The notes beneath the pieces are model-generated. The model was given only the letters and a program-made list of their open reading frames with translations, was not told the DNA's origin and searched no databases. A program made the translations under genes and the position numbers. From the NCBI GenBank assembly GCA_964616175.1, contig CAZTUH010000007.1, forward strand, positions 7,132-71,131: a DNA stretch of 64,000 nt. The letters run 5' to 3'. This document shows, one piece after another, positions 48,676-58,195 of this stretch. The stretch is from an uncultured Burkholderiaceae bacterium. Lineage in GTDB: Bacteria; Pseudomonadota; Gammaproteobacteria; Burkholderiales; Burkholderiaceae_B. Each line of letters starts with the position of its first letter. The first letter of the stretch is position 1.

Positions 48676-50018
48676 TCTTGATGATTGGAAATAATTTTTT
48701 TAAAAATATCGAAGTAATTTGGAAATGTTTTCTGTACACAGGATGGATTCATTATTCGAATAAATGATTGGCCAAATATAGCTAAAGAAAAACACATTGC
48801 GATCCGATGGTCATCCCATGTTTCTATGTTTGCATTCCTCCAACATCCACTCTTGATTGGCCAGATTGATAGCCAATCTTCACCTGATTCAGTCTTTGCT
48901 CCCAATTTCTCTAATTCTTTTTGCATTGCATAAATCCGATCAGTTTCCTTTATTCTCCAACTGGCAATATTTCGCAAATGACAAGGTCCATCAGCATATA
49001 TAGCTAAGATAGCTGCTGTCATTGCAGCATCAGGAATACTATTAAAATCCAAATCAAAAGCTTTAATTTTATTTCCTTTTGACACTATAATTCCTGTGGA
49101 CTGGATCCAGTTCTGACCCACTTGAATATTACTGCCCATAGATTTCAGTACTTCAATAAATCCAATATCTCCTTGTGTAGTAGTTGCATGATTTATCCCT
49201 GTTACTCGGACTGGTCCTCCGCCAATAGCTCCTAAGGATAAAAAATAAGATGCAGAAGAAGCATCTCCTTCGACACTTATTTCCCCTGGGCTTACATAGC
49301 AAGAATTTTCTGGAATTATAAGTTGATTATTTTTCTTTTTTTCTACTTTCACACCGAAAATTTCCATTAAATTCAAAGTCATTTCCACGTAAGGTTTTGA
49401 TATTAAATTACCAATTATTTCAATTGTTAAGGTTTTTCCGGTTCTGTTTGTATAAATTGGAGCTGCTAACAACAAGCCTGTTAAAAACTGACTTGATATA
49501 GAAGATTTCAATTGAATAAATCCAGTTTTAAAGGAACAAGGTCCGATGAATAATGGAGGATATCCATCTTTTCCTATATATTTAATAGTAGCTCCAAGTC
49601 TTCTCAAAGAATCAACTAAATCTTTTATTGGACGTTCAAGCATTCTTACATTTCCAGAAAGCTCATAATTCCCCCCAATTAAAGCCAAGATTGCAGTTAG
49701 AGATCGAAAAGTAGTTCCAGAATTCCCGAGAAATAACTGTCTGGAACTATTTGGAAATAAATATTTCCCTCTTCCTTCTATGTGAGTAATACTTGAACTT
49801 TTCTTACTGATTAGGATGCCTAGTTCTTGAAGAGCATTTTTCATGAAAAAAACATCATCAGAATCAAGCAACCCTTTAACTATCGTATTTCCATTAGAAA
49901 TTGCAGACAATACAAGTATTCTATTTGAAATGCTTTTTGATCCAGGTAGTTGAACTATTCCTTGAACATGTGATCTTTTAGGTGAAAGATCTAGGTAAGA
50001 AATTCTCGATGAAGACAT
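48663..50018 (-). CDS. aroA: 3-phosphoshikimate 1-carboxyvinyltransferase (EPSP synthase)
   Basis: 451 aa with LPGSKSISNR, LGNSGTTFR and DHRIAM motifs. Confidence 0.94.
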   Translation of the reverse strand: MSSSRISYLDLSPKRSHVQGIVQLPGSKSISNRILVLSAISNGNTIVKGLLDSDDVFFMKNALQELGILISKKSSSITHIEGRGKYLFPNSSRQLFLGNSGTTFRSLTAILALIGGNYELSGNVRMLERPIKDLVDSLRRLGATIKYIGKDGYPPLFIGPCSFKTGFIQLKSSISSQFLTGLLLAAPIYTNRTGKTLTIEIIGNLISKPYVEMTLNLMEIFGVKVEKKKNNQLIIPENSCYVSPGEISVEGDASSASYFLSLGAIGGGPVRVTGINHATTTQGDIGFIEVLKSMGSNIQVGQNWIQSTGIIVSKGNKIKAFDLDFNSIPDAAMTAAILAIYADGPCHLRNIASWRIKETDRIYAMQKELEKLGAKTESGEDWLSIWPIKSGCWRNANIETWDDHRIAMCFSLAIFGQSFIRIMNPSCVQKTFPNYFDIFKKIISNHQECHF

Positions 50019-50055
50019 ATATTATATTATTTATAAAATGAAAAAAAAATTATTC

Positions 50056-50973
50056 TTAAGGCCAATTTTTTCGTGCTTTGGAAGCATTCTCTAAGAGAGT
50101 TTCCAAAACTTGGCCGTCTTCAGAATGTAGGGCATTTTCTGCTTGGTTCAAAACCATTTTTATAGCATGCAGCTCCTTTTCAATGAGCTTTCGATTAGAT
50201 AAAAAAATGTCTCTCCAGACTTTTGGAGATCCAGCTGCAATTCTTGTAAAATCACGAAAACCACTTCCTGCAAGAGATAACCTATCAGACATATTTAATG
50301 TTTGAGCAATTTGAGCCATATAAGCTGCAGATAAGAAGTGAGGAACATGACTTACAGAAGCTAATATTTGATCATGTTCATTAGCAGTCATTTCTGAAAC
50401 ATTAGCCCCACATATTTGCCAAATCGAATGAACAAGCTCTACTGCTTCTATTGTATTATTCTCAAATGGTGTCAAAATTACTCGTCGTCCTTTGAAAAGA
50501 TCAGGGTTTGAAAAGTCAGCTCCACTACACTCATTCCCTGCTATAGGATGACCAGGAACAAAATATTTTACCTTTTCACCTAAAACACGAGCTGCTATTT
50601 CCATAACATGCACCTTTGTACTTCCAACATCTGTTAGAATTGAATTTTCTCTCAAATGAGGAAGTATTTCTTTAAACAAATTCTCAAAGCTACCTATCGG
50701 TGTTGCAAGTATGATGACATCAGCCTTTTTTGCTGCGGTCTCTATAGTGGTTATGTCATCTATTAATCCTGATAATTGAAAACGTTTTAGAGATTTTTCT
50801 TTTCTCCCAATACCTAAAATTTTTCCAACTTGACCTTTTTGACGGAGTGCCGCTGCAATAGATCCTCCAATTAAACCTACTCCTACTATCGCTAGGACAG
50901 GAATAAGCTGATTGGAATTAAATTGGAATTTGGTCCGTTTTTTTTTCAAGGATATTGATGAAGTCATTGTCAT
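50056..50973 (-). CDS. tyrA: prephenate dehydrogenase
   Basis: 305 aa with a Rossmann motif (IVGVGLIGGS), DVGSTK and HPIAG. Confidence 0.88.
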   Translation of the reverse strand: MTMTSSISLKKKRTKFQFNSNQLIPVLAIVGVGLIGGSIAAALRQKGQVGKILGIGRKEKSLKRFQLSGLIDDITTIETAAKKADVIILATPIGSFENLFKEILPHLRENSILTDVGSTKVHVMEIAARVLGEKVKYFVPGHPIAGNECSGADFSNPDLFKGRRVILTPFENNTIEAVELVHSIWQICGANVSEMTANEHDQILASVSHVPHFLSAAYMAQIAQTLNMSDRLSLAGSGFRDFTRIAAGSPKVWRDIFLSNRKLIEKELHAIKMVLNQAENALHSEDGQVLETLLENASKARKNWP

Positions 50974-51161
50974 GTCCCGAAATCTTTATTGTAAATAGGA
51001 ATCTCAAAACCTAGGAAAGAAAGTCTTTCATTTAAAACTGAAAGTTTATATTCCAATTGATAGAAATAGCAAAACAATAAACATAAATTAAGAAAAAAAA
51101 GAACTTTTACAATGTTTTTATCTTCAAAAAACTGTTAAATATTTGTTCTATTGAATTTGTT

Positions 51162-52268
51162 TTATTGAGCTGGGTAAGAACCCAAAATTTTGAAAAAAAC
51201 AACTCGTGAAGACAATTCTTCCAAGGCTTTAGCTACATTCGAATCACTTTGGTGTCCTTGAATATCAATATAAAAATAATATTCCCATTGACCTGTCCTG
51301 GCTGGTCTTGATTCAAGCCGAGTCATAGAAACTTTATTTTTTGAAAATGGGATTAACATTTCACAAACAGCTCCAGATTGATTCGGAACAGCCAGGATCA
51401 GACTGCTTTTATCGTTACCACTTGGTAAAACTTCTTTATTTCCTATGGCAACAAAACGAGTTCGATTGTTAATATCATCTTGAATATTATCTGCTATAAC
51501 TTTCAAATTCCATGTGAGTGCTGCTACCTTACCAGCAATTGCTGCAATATCTGAATTTTCAGAAGCAGATCGAGCAGCATCTGAATTGCTAGCTGCAGCG
51601 GTTACCGGAAAACCCGGATAATTATATTTTATCCAACGCTGACATTGAGCAAGCGTCTGTGGATGGGAAGAAATGTATTTAATTCCTTCCATTGATCCTG
51701 TTTTTGTCATTAAACAATGGCAAATAGTCAGCGACCGTTCTCCCATTATTTTTAATGGGGTGTTTAACAGTAGATCCAAACTTCTATTTACAGGACCTTC
51801 CGTAGAATTTTCTATAGGAATCATCCCAATATCTACTAATCCTGTTTCTACAAGTCGAAAGACCTCATCAAGAGATAAGCAAGAAGAACTTTTTATGGAA
51901 TGTCCAAAATGTTCCATAGCAGCTTGCTCTGAAAATGAACCCTTTGGGCCGAGATAAGCAACTGTTATACAATGTTCTAAACTCCGACAGGCAGATATTA
52001 TTTCGCTCCAAACAAATGAGATGGCTTGGCTTGGAAATGGACCTGTGTTTACCTTTTTTAATCGGTTAATTATTCGTGATTCACGATCTGGATGCAAGAT
52101 TGCATCATTAGAATCAATCTTATTCTTTAACTCTCCAATATTTAAAGCTAATTTTGCTCTAGCATTTAATAAATGGACAATTTGATCATCTAAGTCATCA
52201 ATGCGAATTCGAGAATCTTTAATTTTTTTCAAAAAATAAGATAAATTATTATCCATAACGGCGTTCAA
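51162..52268 (-). CDS. pheA: bifunctional chorismate mutase / prephenate dehydratase (P-protein)
   Basis: 368 aa with an N-terminal CM domain (IRIDDLDDQIVHLLNARAKLA), PDT domain (VAYLGPKGSFSEQA) and ACT domain (TRLESRPAR). The start may be Met5 at 52256. Confidence 0.92.
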   Translation of the reverse strand: MNAVMDNNLSYFLKKIKDSRIRIDDLDDQIVHLLNARAKLALNIGELKNKIDSNDAILHPDRESRIINRLKKVNTGPFPSQAISFVWSEIISACRSLEHCITVAYLGPKGSFSEQAAMEHFGHSIKSSSCLSLDEVFRLVETGLVDIGMIPIENSTEGPVNRSLDLLLNTPLKIMGERSLTICHCLMTKTGSMEGIKYISSHPQTLAQCQRWIKYNYPGFPVTAAASNSDAARSASENSDIAAIAGKVAALTWNLKVIADNIQDDINNRTRFVAIGNKEVLPSGNDKSSLILAVPNQSGAVCEMLIPFSKNKVSMTRLESRPARTGQWEYYFYIDIQGHQSDSNVAKALEELSSRVVFFKILGSYPAQ

Positions 52269-53382
52269 AATCCTTCATATATACGATTAATTCTCGAACT
52301 CCTTCTATAGGAGTTGCATTATAAATAGAAGCACGAAGCCCTCCTAGAGCTTTATGCCCTTTTAACCCTAGAAGACCTGCTTTCTTTGCCTCCTCAAGAA
52401 AAATATCTTCAAGTGTATTATCAATCAAAAAGAAAGGGACATTCATCTTTGATCGTACAGATTTATGAACAAAGTTTCTGTAGAATGAACTTGAATCGAT
52501 ATATTTATAAAGCATTGATGCTTTTAGCTTATTTTTTACTCCCATTGATTTAATGCCTCCATTTTTCCTAATCCATTTGAATAATAATCCACAGACATAG
52601 ATCGAAAATGTAGGAGGGGTGTTATAACATGAATTGCTCTTATCAATATTTATGTAATCAAAAGTCGAAGGACAAATTGGTAAAGCATAACCCATTAAAT
52701 CCTTTCTGATGATCACTATAGTAACTCCTGCAGGACCTGCATTTTTTTGTGCAGCTGCAAAAATAACATCTGCTCTGGTTATATCCAAAGGACGAGAAAG
52801 AAAATTTGATGAAGCATCAATAACTAAAGAAATATTTTTTGTATCAAAATTTTTCAGGCTTGGAATGTTAGAAAATTCCACTCCATTGATTGTTTCATTA
52901 CTGCATAGATGTAAGTAAGAAGTTTGATTACGTATTTTCCAATCCTTTTGAGGTGGTATCCAAGTTAATGGTGGTTGTATGTGATGATCCATTTTAACTG
53001 AAAAATTGTTGTTAGCTACCGCACTTACATTTCCATATCGCTTGGCTTCTTGATAAGAACGATTGGACCAGTAACCAGTTAAAACAAAATCAGCCATTTT
53101 TTTGTTACCATTTTTTCCAATTAAATTCATAGGAAGAAAAGCGTTTTGCCCAGATCCTCCACCTTGCATGAATAAGATTGAATAATCTTCAGAAAGATCC
53201 AATAGCTCACGTAAATCAGATTCTGCTGTGTTGCAGATTTCTAGGAAATAATCACTTCGGTGACTCATTTCCATTACAGAAATTCCTGTTCCATGCCAGT
53301 CAAGCATTTCTGAGGCAATTTGATGAAGAACTGTTTCTGGCAAAGAAGCAGGGCCTGCAGAGAAATTCCATGGACGAAACAT
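52249..53382 (-). CDS. serC: phosphoserine aminotransferase
   Basis: 377 aa with FSAGPA, and AAAQKNAGPAGVTIVIIRKDL carrying the PLP lysine. Confidence 0.93.
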   Translation of the reverse strand: MFRPWNFSAGPASLPETVLHQIASEMLDWHGTGISVMEMSHRSDYFLEICNTAESDLRELLDLSEDYSILFMQGGGSGQNAFLPMNLIGKNGNKKMADFVLTGYWSNRSYQEAKRYGNVSAVANNNFSVKMDHHIQPPLTWIPPQKDWKIRNQTSYLHLCSNETINGVEFSNIPSLKNFDTKNISLVIDASSNFLSRPLDITRADVIFAAAQKNAGPAGVTIVIIRKDLMGYALPICPSTFDYINIDKSNSCYNTPPTFSIYVCGLLFKWIRKNGGIKSMGVKNKLKASMLYKYIDSSSFYRNFVHKSVRSKMNVPFFLIDNTLEDIFLEEAKKAGLLGLKGHKALGGLRASIYNATPIEGVRELIVYMKDFERRYG

Positions 53383-53419
53383 ATTAAATGTACTCTACAA
53401 AAGATAGTTAGAAAATTTG

Positions 53420-55996
53420 TTAAAAGTCTATAGCCCCAATCTCTGTATTAGAATCATCTTCTATGACACGACGAACTTTAGATAAAGTAGCATCTTTGGA
53501 GAGGTTAACAAGTATTACTCCATGAGTTGAGCGACCCATTTGACGAATTTCCGAAACATGAGTACGAACCAGAAGACCATTATTTGTTATCAACATGACA
53601 TCATCTGATGGCATTACAAGAATAGCTGATACGAGCTTTCCATTGCGAGATCCTGTCCTCATAGCAATCATCCCTTTTGTTCCCCGAGCATGTTTTGTAT
53701 ACCAAGAAATTGGAGTTCGTTTGCCAAAACCATTTTTACTAACTGTCAAAACAGTGCAACTATCATTTTTGGAAACTAGAAGGGAAATAATGTTTTGATT
53801 TTTTGACAGCATCATGCCTCGAACCCCCCTGGAACTTCGTTTTGTAGGTCGTACATCATTTTCGTTAAATCGAACAGCTTTTCCAGAGTCTGAAAAGAGC
53901 ATAACATCGCTTTTTCCATCAGTTAATTCTGCTCCTATTAAATAATCCTGCTCATCCAACTTCACAGCAAGAATCCCAGATTTTCTATGGTTTGAAAAAT
54001 CAGATAAGATGGTTTTCTTCACAATCCCACGAGATGTAGCCATAAAAACATAGCATGTATTACTAAATTCTTTAACAGGAAGAATTGTTGTAATCTTTTC
54101 CGAGCTTTCCAATGGAAACATATTTACAATTGGACGTCCTCGAGAACCTCGAGTTCCTTTCGGAACCTCCCATACTCTTAACCAGTAAACTCGACCTTTA
54201 TTTGAAAAACATAATAAAAAATCATGAGTATTAGAAATAAAGAGCTGTTCCAACCAATCACTTTCCTTCATGGAAGTTGCTAACTTTCCACGTCCTCCTC
54301 TTCTTTGAGCTTTATATTCAGACAAATTCTGACTTTTAATGTAACCAGCATATGACAATGTTACAACGACACTAACTTTGGCAATAAAATCTTCTGTTTC
54401 CAATTCTGTTTGATCTGATACTATATCTGTCAATCTTGAATCTTCCGATTTAGGAGAATATTGTTCCTTAATAAGGAGTAATTCAGTTTTTATAATATCA
54501 TTAATTTTTTCTGGACTAACCAGGATATCTGATAAGTATTTTATGTTTGATGAGATAGATTTGTATTCATCAGTTATCTTGTTTCTCTCGATTGCAGTTA
54601 ACCTTTGAAGCCGCATGTTCATAATCTCTTGAGTCTGTATCTCACTTAAACGATATGAACCATCAACCTGAAATCCAAATTTATTAGATGAAGAGTCTTC
54701 GAGATGTTTTGTGCTTGAACTTTTTGGCACCTCATTTGCTAATTCTGAATTCCAAAAACCAGAGATTAATTCTTGCTTGGCATGCATTGGTCCAGAAGCT
54801 AATTTGATAATTGAAATAAACTCATCAATATTGGATAATGCGACTGCAAGGCCTTCGATGATGTGCAGTCGATCTTTAGCTTTGCGAAGTTGAAACATAG
54901 AACGACGAGCAATCACTTCTCTTCGATGTTCAAGAAAATATAGAATCATCTCTTTTAAACTGAGTAGCTTGGGTTGATTATCCACCAAAGCTACAAGGTT
55001 TATGCCAAAAGTATCTTGTAGTTGCGTATGCTTGTAAAGATTATTTAATACAATGCTTGATCTCTCTCCCTGTTTTAGTTCAATTACAAGACGTATTCCA
55101 TCTTTATCAGATTCATCGCGAATATCTGATATTCCATCTATCTTTTTGCTATTAACTAGATCCGCAATTCTTTCTTGGAGATGTTTTTTGTTGACTTGAT
55201 ATGGAATGGAATTAACTATAAGTGCTTCACGTTTACTCCCTTTTATTTTTTCAATATCGATTTTCGCACGAAGGATAATACGTCCTTTACCTGTTTTATA
55301 TCCTTCTTTAACCCCACTCATTCCATAAATGATTCCTCCTGTTGGAAAATCCGGAGCAGGAATGATATGCATTAACTCTTCGACCGAGCATTCCGGGTTT
55401 TTTAAACAAAACAGGCATCCATCAAGAATTTCATCCAAATTGTGAGGCGGAATATTAGTAGCCATGCCAACTGCAATACCAGAACTGCCGTTTATTAGAA
55501 GATTTGGAATTCTAGCAGGAAGTAAAACAGGTTCTTCTTCTGCGCCATCATAATTCTTTCGGAAGTCAACTGTTTCTTGATCAATGTCCACTAATAGCTC
55601 TTGTGCTATTTTGGAAAGTCTAACCTCAGTATATCGCATAGCTGCAGCATTATCACCATCAATGGAACCAAAATTTCCCTGTCCATCAACCAACATGTAT
55701 CGCATTGAAAAATTTTGAGCCATGCGCACAATAGTGTCATAAACGGATTGGTCTCCATGGGGATGGTATTTCCCAATTACATCACCAACAATTCTAGCTG
55801 ATTTTTTATAGGGTCGATTCCATTCATTATGAAGCACATGCATGGCATAGAGTATTCTTCGATGAACTGGTTTAAGTCCATCACGAACATCAGGTAAAGC
55901 ACGACCAATAATAACGCTCATAGCATAATCCAAATAGCTACGTCGCATCTCTTCTTCAAGAGCAATTGGAAGTGTTTCCTTTGCAAAAGAACTCAT
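53420..55996 (-). CDS. gyrA: DNA gyrase subunit A
   Basis: 858 aa with the active-site [31 protein letters not shown] and C-terminal beta-pinwheel repeats. Confidence 0.97.
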   Translation of the reverse strand: MSSFAKETLPIALEEEMRRSYLDYAMSVIIGRALPDVRDGLKPVHRRILYAMHVLHNEWNRPYKKSARIVGDVIGKYHPHGDQSVYDTIVRMAQNFSMRYMLVDGQGNFGSIDGDNAAAMRYTEVRLSKIAQELLVDIDQETVDFRKNYDGAEEEPVLLPARIPNLLINGSSGIAVGMATNIPPHNLDEILDGCLFCLKNPECSVEELMHIIPAPDFPTGGIIYGMSGVKEGYKTGKGRIILRAKIDIEKIKGSKREALIVNSIPYQVNKKHLQERIADLVNSKKIDGISDIRDESDKDGIRLVIELKQGERSSIVLNNLYKHTQLQDTFGINLVALVDNQPKLLSLKEMILYFLEHRREVIARRSMFQLRKAKDRLHIIEGLAVALSNIDEFISIIKLASGPMHAKQELISGFWNSELANEVPKSSSTKHLEDSSSNKFGFQVDGSYRLSEIQTQEIMNMRLQRLTAIERNKITDEYKSISSNIKYLSDILVSPEKINDIIKTELLLIKEQYSPKSEDSRLTDIVSDQTELETEDFIAKVSVVVTLSYAGYIKSQNLSEYKAQRRGGRGKLATSMKESDWLEQLFISNTHDFLLCFSNKGRVYWLRVWEVPKGTRGSRGRPIVNMFPLESSEKITTILPVKEFSNTCYVFMATSRGIVKKTILSDFSNHRKSGILAVKLDEQDYLIGAELTDGKSDVMLFSDSGKAVRFNENDVRPTKRSSRGVRGMMLSKNQNIISLLVSKNDSCTVLTVSKNGFGKRTPISWYTKHARGTKGMIAMRTGSRNGKLVSAILVMPSDDVMLITNNGLLVRTHVSEIRQMGRSTHGVILVNLSKDATLSKVRRVIEDDSNTEIGAIDF

Positions 55997-56129
55997 AGTT
56001 TGTAAGTTTATAAAGTTTGAAAAATTAGATGGTTATTTCCTGTAAAGCAGGCTATATTGAAAGGAACAATAGAATTTTAAGCTGAGACAGAAAGAAAAAT
56101 TGTAGCATCCGATGCCCTAAATTGCATAG

Positions 56130-56855
56130 ATGGCTAAAATGGTAAATGTTGAAATGGAAAAAAATTTTAACCAGTTGGAACTCGAAAAATTTGAGAAATA
56201 TGCAGATTCTTGGTGGAACATAAATGGCAATACAAAGGCTTTACATAAAATTAATCCGCTTCGCTTAAATTGGATGAAAAATATTTCAGGTGGATTTTAT
56301 GGGAAATCAGTCCTCGATGTTGGTTGTGGTGGAGGAATATTATCTGAAGAAATTGCAAAATCTGGTGGGTTAGTCACAGGTATAGATTTATCTGAAAAGT
56401 TGATAGAAATAGCTAAATTGCATAAAAAAAAATCTAAAGTTCAGGTTGTTGACTATTATTCAATTTCTCCAGAAGCTTTTGCAAAGCAAAATTTGAGATC
56501 TTATGATGTAGTTGTTTGTATGGAAGTTTTGGAACATGTTCCAAAACCAATTTCAATTATTAAATCCTGCTCAGATCTTGTAAAACCTGGTGGTTGGATT
56601 TTTTTTTCCACCTTCAATAGAAATTTAAAATCGTTTCTTTTTGGCATCTTGGGAGCCGAATATGTTTTAAATCTTTTGCCTCGGGGAACTCATACCTATA
56701 GTGCTTTTATAAGGCCCAGTGAATTATCTAAATTAGTAAGAGAAACAAATTTGCATCCAGTAAAGATAAAGGGGCTCAGTTATAATCCATTGAAAAAAAA
56801 GTTTTTTCTGTCTAATGACGTTTCTGTCAATTATCTGCTAGCAGCTAGAAAATAA
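56130..56855 (+). CDS. ubiG: bifunctional 3-demethylubiquinol 3-O-methyltransferase / 2-polyprenyl-6-hydroxyphenol methylase
   Basis: 241 aa with ELEKFEKYADSWWN, SAM motif LDVGCGGGILSE and ST.NRN. It is divergent from gyrA. Confidence 0.9.
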   Translation: MAKMVNVEMEKNFNQLELEKFEKYADSWWNINGNTKALHKINPLRLNWMKNISGGFYGKSVLDVGCGGGILSEEIAKSGGLVTGIDLSEKLIEIAKLHKKKSKVQVVDYYSISPEAFAKQNLRSYDVVVCMEVLEHVPKPISIIKSCSDLVKPGGWIFFSTFNRNLKSFLFGILGAEYVLNLLPRGTHTYSAFIRPSELSKLVRETNLHPVKIKGLSYNPLKKKFFLSNDVSVNYLLAARK

Positions 56856-57055
56856 AACACTAGGTTTTTTTTCATATTGAAAAGAAATCTTCTAATAACT
56901 TCAATATATTTTTTGTGCTTCACGAATGAATAAGTTCCAATACATGAATTTAGACTCTATTTAAGAATTTTTATAGATTGAATTTTTTTCTGTAAAATGA
57001 AGAAAATTGGAATAAAAAACTTTTTTAAAATCTTAAATAGAGTTAGACTTATCTT

Positions 57056-57449
57056 GGGACCGACCAGGTTTCGACGTGTGTAACAAAACAGTTTAGGGCA
57101 TACCGAACACCAGTTCCGTTCGTAAATCTACTGGAACTATTATAAACGCCAACGATGAGCGTTTTGCCCTTGCCGCTTGATAAATAGGTAGGGCCGCTGC
57201 ACTGATCTGTTCTTGGGTTAGGCATTTAGGAAATAATTTACATGTTATTTCTGAGGTGCAGCAGTGACACATTGCAAGGAATCGATTTGATTTAGTGCCA
57301 CATATTTCAAATTTAAACCTAAGTGGATCGCCTATAGCTGGATTTGTCGATTAGCAATTCTATAGGTTAGAAAGAACAAATCGACTAAGTATGTAGAACT
57401 AACTGCGAAGTGCGTGCGGACGGGGGTTCGATTCCCCCCGGTTCCACCA
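57056..57449 (+). ncRNA. ssrA: tmRNA (SsrA), tag peptide ANDERFALAA
   Basis: The 5' GGGACCGACCAGGTTTCGACG pairs with the 3' ..GGACGGGGGTTCGATTCCCCCCGGTTCCACCA, giving a tRNA-Ala-like acceptor with G3-U70 and an encoded CCA. The tag ORF gcc aac gat gag cgt ttt gcc ctt gcc gct runs 57148-57177 and is followed by tga taa. Confidence 0.95.
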
Positions 57450-57629
57450 GGAGTGGTGATGTTACCAATATTCATCAATTTATAAAATTTCTTTTCTTTT
57501 TTTAGATTTTTAGCAAATTGATAAAAGTATTTAAGGAAGGAAATATTTCTTTGTTCCAACCTAGTAATTTAAAATAGTCCGAAAAAATCTGCATTTATTC
57601 TATTTTAATAGATGATAAGAGAGTTTGGT

Positions 57630-57761
57630 ATGGCGCTTCAAAAATTGATTGGCATTACAACATTAGTAACTGTTCTGATTTTGTCAGGCTTTTCTTTAGC
57701 AAAAAACATAGAGCAGCAAGAAGAGATTATTTTTGCTAATCAAGATGATAGAAAAAAGTAA
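57630..57761 (+). CDS. hypothetical 43-aa small protein with signal-peptide-like N-terminus (speculative)
   Basis: MALQKLIGITTLVTVLILSGFSLAKNIEQQEEIIFANQDDRKK. It falls below the ORF-track cutoff. It is preceded by TAAGAGAGTTTGGT, the same AAGAGAGTTT element found in front of rpmE2. It has a hydrophobic core and an S-L-A motif. It may instead be an N-terminal relic of a lost gene. Confidence 0.3.
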   Translation: MALQKLIGITTLVTVLILSGFSLAKNIEQQEEIIFANQDDRKK

Positions 57762-57886
57762 GAATCCTGAAACATAAAAAGTTTAGTTTTTTGCAAGAAA
57801 TCTAGATCAAGAGTTTCGAAAAATTATTGTTAAAAGTATTTACAAATTATTTCCATGAAAGTTAGGTTTTTTTGATCAATCCAAAA

Positions 57887-58099
57887 TCAGCAGCAACTAA
57901 TTCTTCCTTTCCCACCATATCTAGCTAACTGTCTTTCTTGGAAAAAAGCTTCATATGTCATAGGACTTTTTCCTGGATGGTTTTTTTTCATATGTTGCAA
58001 ATAAGCATCATAATTTGGCACTCCAACCATCAATCTGAGTGTTTGACCTAAGTAACGCGTTGCTCTGACAGTTTCTTTTTGTATTGAATTAAATAACAT
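57887..58099 (-). CDS. ybdD: YbdD/YjiX-family small protein (DUF466), CstA partner
   Basis: 70 aa. PNYDAYLQHMKKNHPGKSPMTYEAFFQERQLARYGGKGRISCC closely parallels E. coli YbdD, including the terminal CC. It lies immediately downstream of cstA, as in E. coli. Confidence 0.9.
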   Translation of the reverse strand: MLFNSIQKETVRATRYLGQTLRLMVGVPNYDAYLQHMKKNHPGKSPMTYEAFFQERQLARYGGKGRISCC

Positions 58100-58195
58100 T
58101 TTCTTTTTATATCTTGTTTTGAAGTTTCAGTTATGCCAAACATTATTAGGAATTAACAATTTTCGAACCTATAAGGAAAGTAATTCTCTTGAAAG

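Noticed and set aside
57332-57559. 75-aa ORF on the minus strand.
   Set aside because: It lies antisense across the 3' tRNA-like domain of tmRNA (its translation includes GGTGGNRTPV, read from the T-arm). It is an artefact of the RNA gene.
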